Below, piece by piece: positions 15,830-17,862 of a stretch of 17,862 nt of DNA. The position numbers were made by a program, and so were the translations under genes. Below the pieces are notes generated by a model that saw only the letters and a list, made by a program, of their open reading frames with translations, ran no database searches and was not told where the DNA came from. How positions within the stretch are numbered: the first letter of the stretch is position 1; each line of letters opens with the position of its first letter. Origin of the DNA: a virus; the UHGV virus genome UHGV-0140088; one strand, written 5' to 3'.

Positions 15830-16177
15830 GTGGAAGAAGAAATCTTCACTCGTGAAGAGGCAGCGTCGTATCTGAAGGTAGACAAAGGCACTATCACGCA
15901 GTGGATACGAAGTGGACGACTTCAGGCCGCAAAGATAAATCCAGATAAACCTAAAAGCCCATATCGCATTTGCAAGTCAGACTGCATTGCGGCGCTTAAG
16001 TCTGTGAGACACAATAGCGCGGTGAATGCGGTTGATGTGCAGGAGGTTAAAGCATGTCAATCAAACTACGCGGTGGCACGTGGCACTGCGATTTCGTCGC
16101 GCCAGATGGATCAAGAGTTAGACGCTCTCTTGAAACATCGGACAAGAGGCAAGCGCAAGAACTTCACGATCGTCTGA
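15830..16177 (+). CDS. xis: Excisionase (HTH, Xis/AlpA-like)
   Basis: GTG start 7 nt after GGAG. HTH segment REEAASYLKVDKGTITQWIRSGRL. The 3' end overlaps the integrase start, as usual for xis-int pairs. Confidence 0.65.
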   Translation: MEEEIFTREEAASYLKVDKGTITQWIRSGRLQAAKINPDKPKSPYRICKSDCIAALKSVRHNSAVNAVDVQEVKACQSNYAVARGTAISSRQMDQELDALLKHRTRGKRKNFTIV

Positions 16178-17214
16178 AAGCAGAAGCGTGGAGAGTAAAA
16201 AATCTCGGAGAATCACCGAAAAAGCTATTCAAGGAAGCCTGCATACGGTGGCTGCGTGAGAAATCGGATAAGAAGTCCATTGATGATGACAAGAGCATTA
16301 TATCGTTCTGGATGTTGCACTTCAGAGAAACCATTCTCTCTGACATAACAACAGAAAAAATAATGGAGGCGGTAGACGGGATGGAAAACCGCCGCCATCG
16401 CCTGAACTGGGAAATGAGCCGGGACAGGTGTTTGCGGCTTGGCAAGCCAGTGCCGGAGTATAAACCAAAGCTGGCAAGCAAAGGAACGAAGACGCGGCAT
16501 CTGGCAATACTTCGCGCTATTCTCAATATGGCTGTTGAATGGGGATGGATTGACAGGGCACCCAAAATATCAACACCACGCGTTAAGAATGGACGAATCA
16601 GATGGCTTACAGAGGAGGAATCGAAGCGCCTGTTTGCAGAAATTGCTCCTCATTTCTTCCCTGTGGTCATGTTTGCAATCACGACAGGCCTTCGCCGTTC
16701 CAACGTTACAGACCTTGAGTGGTCACAGGTCGATCTGGATAAGAAAATGGCATGGATGCACCCTGATGAAACAAAAGCTGGCAATGCGATCGGAGTTCCT
16801 CTTAACGAAACTGCATGCCAGATATTAAGAAAACAGCAGGGTCTCCATAAGAGATGGGTATTTGTCCACACCAAACCTGCCTACCGAAGCGACGGAACAA
16901 AAACAGCAGCGGTAAGGAAGATGAGAACCGACAGCAACAAGGCATGGAAGGGAGCGTTAAAGCGGGCAGGCATTAGCAACTTCCGCTTCCATGACCTGAG
17001 GCATACTTGGGCAAGCTGGCTGGTTCAGTCCGGTGTCTCTCTTCTCGCACTTAAAGAGATGGGAGGATGGGAAACTCTCGAAATGGTTCAAAGATATGCC
17101 CACCTTTCAGCCGGGCATCTCACCGAGCACGCGAGCAAAATCGATGCGATTATAAGTCGCAATGGCACAAATACGGCACAAGAGGAGAACGTAGTTTACT
17201 TAAATGCGAGGTAA
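16054..17214 (+). CDS. int: Tyrosine site-specific integrase (P22-type)
   Basis: 386 aa; C-terminal catalytic region with R...HDLRHTWASWLVQSGVSLLALKEMGGWETLEMVQRYAHL (R-H-R-Y family). Lies adjacent to the tRNA attachment site. Confidence 0.9.
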   Translation: MSIKLRGGTWHCDFVAPDGSRVRRSLETSDKRQAQELHDRLKAEAWRVKNLGESPKKLFKEACIRWLREKSDKKSIDDDKSIISFWMLHFRETILSDITTEKIMEAVDGMENRRHRLNWEMSRDRCLRLGKPVPEYKPKLASKGTKTRHLAILRAILNMAVEWGWIDRAPKISTPRVKNGRIRWLTEEESKRLFAEIAPHFFPVVMFAITTGLRRSNVTDLEWSQVDLDKKMAWMHPDETKAGNAIGVPLNETACQILRKQQGLHKRWVFVHTKPAYRSDGTKTAAVRKMRTDSNKAWKGALKRAGISNFRFHDLRHTWASWLVQSGVSLLALKEMGGWETLEMVQRYAHLSAGHLTEHASKIDAIISRNGTNTAQEENVVYLNAR

Positions 17215-17228
17215 CTTATTGATTTAAC

Positions 17229-17304
17229 TGGTGCCGATAATAGGAGTCGAACCTACGACCTTCGCATTACGAATGCGCTGCTCTACCAACTGAGCTATAT
17301 CGGC
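17229..17304 (-). tRNA. thrW: tRNA-Thr (anticodon CGU)
   Basis: Minus-strand 76-nt sequence GCCGATATAGCTCAGTTGGTAGAGCAGCGCATTCGTAATGCGAAGGTCGTAGGTTCGACTCCTATTATCGGCACCA: 7-bp acceptor stem, D-arm GCTC/GAGC, anticodon CGT at positions 34-36, T-loop TTCGACT, CCA end. Confidence 0.9.
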
Positions 17305-17418
17305 CCTGAAAGGACATGTTCACGAACGTGAATCACGGTGGACAAGGTTAAAACTAACCGGGCGATGCGTCAATGGCCTTGTGAATCAAATGGCTACTTT
17401 TGCATCACCCGGTTTTAT

Positions 17419-17862
17419 TTACGCACGAATGGTGTAATCACCAATGCCGATCCACTTGTAAGTGGTCAGAGCTTCCAGCCCCATTGGGCCGCGCGCGTGG
17501 AGTTTTTGTGTGCTTACCGCAACTTCCGCCCCCAGACCAAACTGGCCGCCGTCGGTAAAACGCGTAGAGGCGTTAACGTAAACAGCGGAGGAATCCACTT
17601 CGTTAACAAAACGCTGGGCGTTGCGCATATCGCGGGTCAGGATCGCATCGGAGTGTTGCGTGCCGTGTTCACGAATATGGGCAATGGCGTCATCCAGATC
17701 GCTAACGATTTTGACGTTCAAATCTAATGACAGAAACTCATCGTCATACTCTTCGGCTTTAACAGCCACCACCTTCGCGGGGCCTGCCTGCAACTGCGCC
17801 AGCGCGGCTGCATCAGCGTGTAACGTCACGCCGCTTTCCGCCATTTGTTTGCTTAATGCGGG
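17419..17862 (-). CDS. proA: Gamma-glutamyl phosphate reductase, 3' portion (gene continues beyond the window)
   Basis: Translation ends ...[20 protein letters not shown], the ProA C-terminus as recalled. The proA-thrW adjacency fits a chromosomal prophage attachment locus. Confidence 0.9.

Larger units (their letters stand above)
1..17228. mobile_element. Lambdoid (P22-like immunity and integration) prophage, partial; right end (attL side) at tRNA-Thr
   Basis: Contiguous phage modules from int at the tRNA through immunity, replication, nin and Q; the left boundary lies outside the window. Confidence 0.85.

Noticed and set aside
16164-16874. Minus-strand and alternative-frame ORFs within the integrase gene
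   Set aside because: They overlap a full-length integrase with catalytic motifs; no independent support.
17338-17727. Plus-strand 129-aa ORF
   Set aside because: Antisense to the proA 3' region and overlapping the thrW promoter-side spacer; no support.
1-17862. CRISPR arrays, IS elements or transposases
   Set aside because: No regularly spaced direct repeats with unique spacers were seen, and no transposase-like ORF or terminal inverted repeats. The only tandem repeats are the ori iterons.

Overview
This window is most of a P22/lambda-like (lambdoid) prophage integrated at a tRNA-Thr(CGU) gene next to proA, read by eye from the sequence and ORF track with no database search. On the minus strand it carries the late-regulation/nin module (Q antiterminator, RusA, NinB) and the replication module (DnaB-type helicase, O-like initiator with in-gene ori iterons), followed by cII and cro. 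On the plus strand it carries the C2/CI repressor, an N-like antiterminator, cIII, RecT with a Gp157-like partner, a run of accessory genes, excisionase and integrase. Regulatory architecture is legible: three 18-bp operators at OR, a PL/OL region, matching nutL and nutR boxA/boxB sites, and several intrinsic terminators. A partial OmpC/NmpC-type porin gene sits beyond Q at the left edge. The strongest candidates for an undescribed system are (i) an AT-rich two-gene insert between N and cIII at the ral/sieB-equivalent position, and (ii) a tRNA-guanine-transglycosylase-like (DpdA-like) gene in the accessory region, which would imply 7-deazaguanine DNA modification. Both are inferences from position and short motifs and need homology and structure searches.
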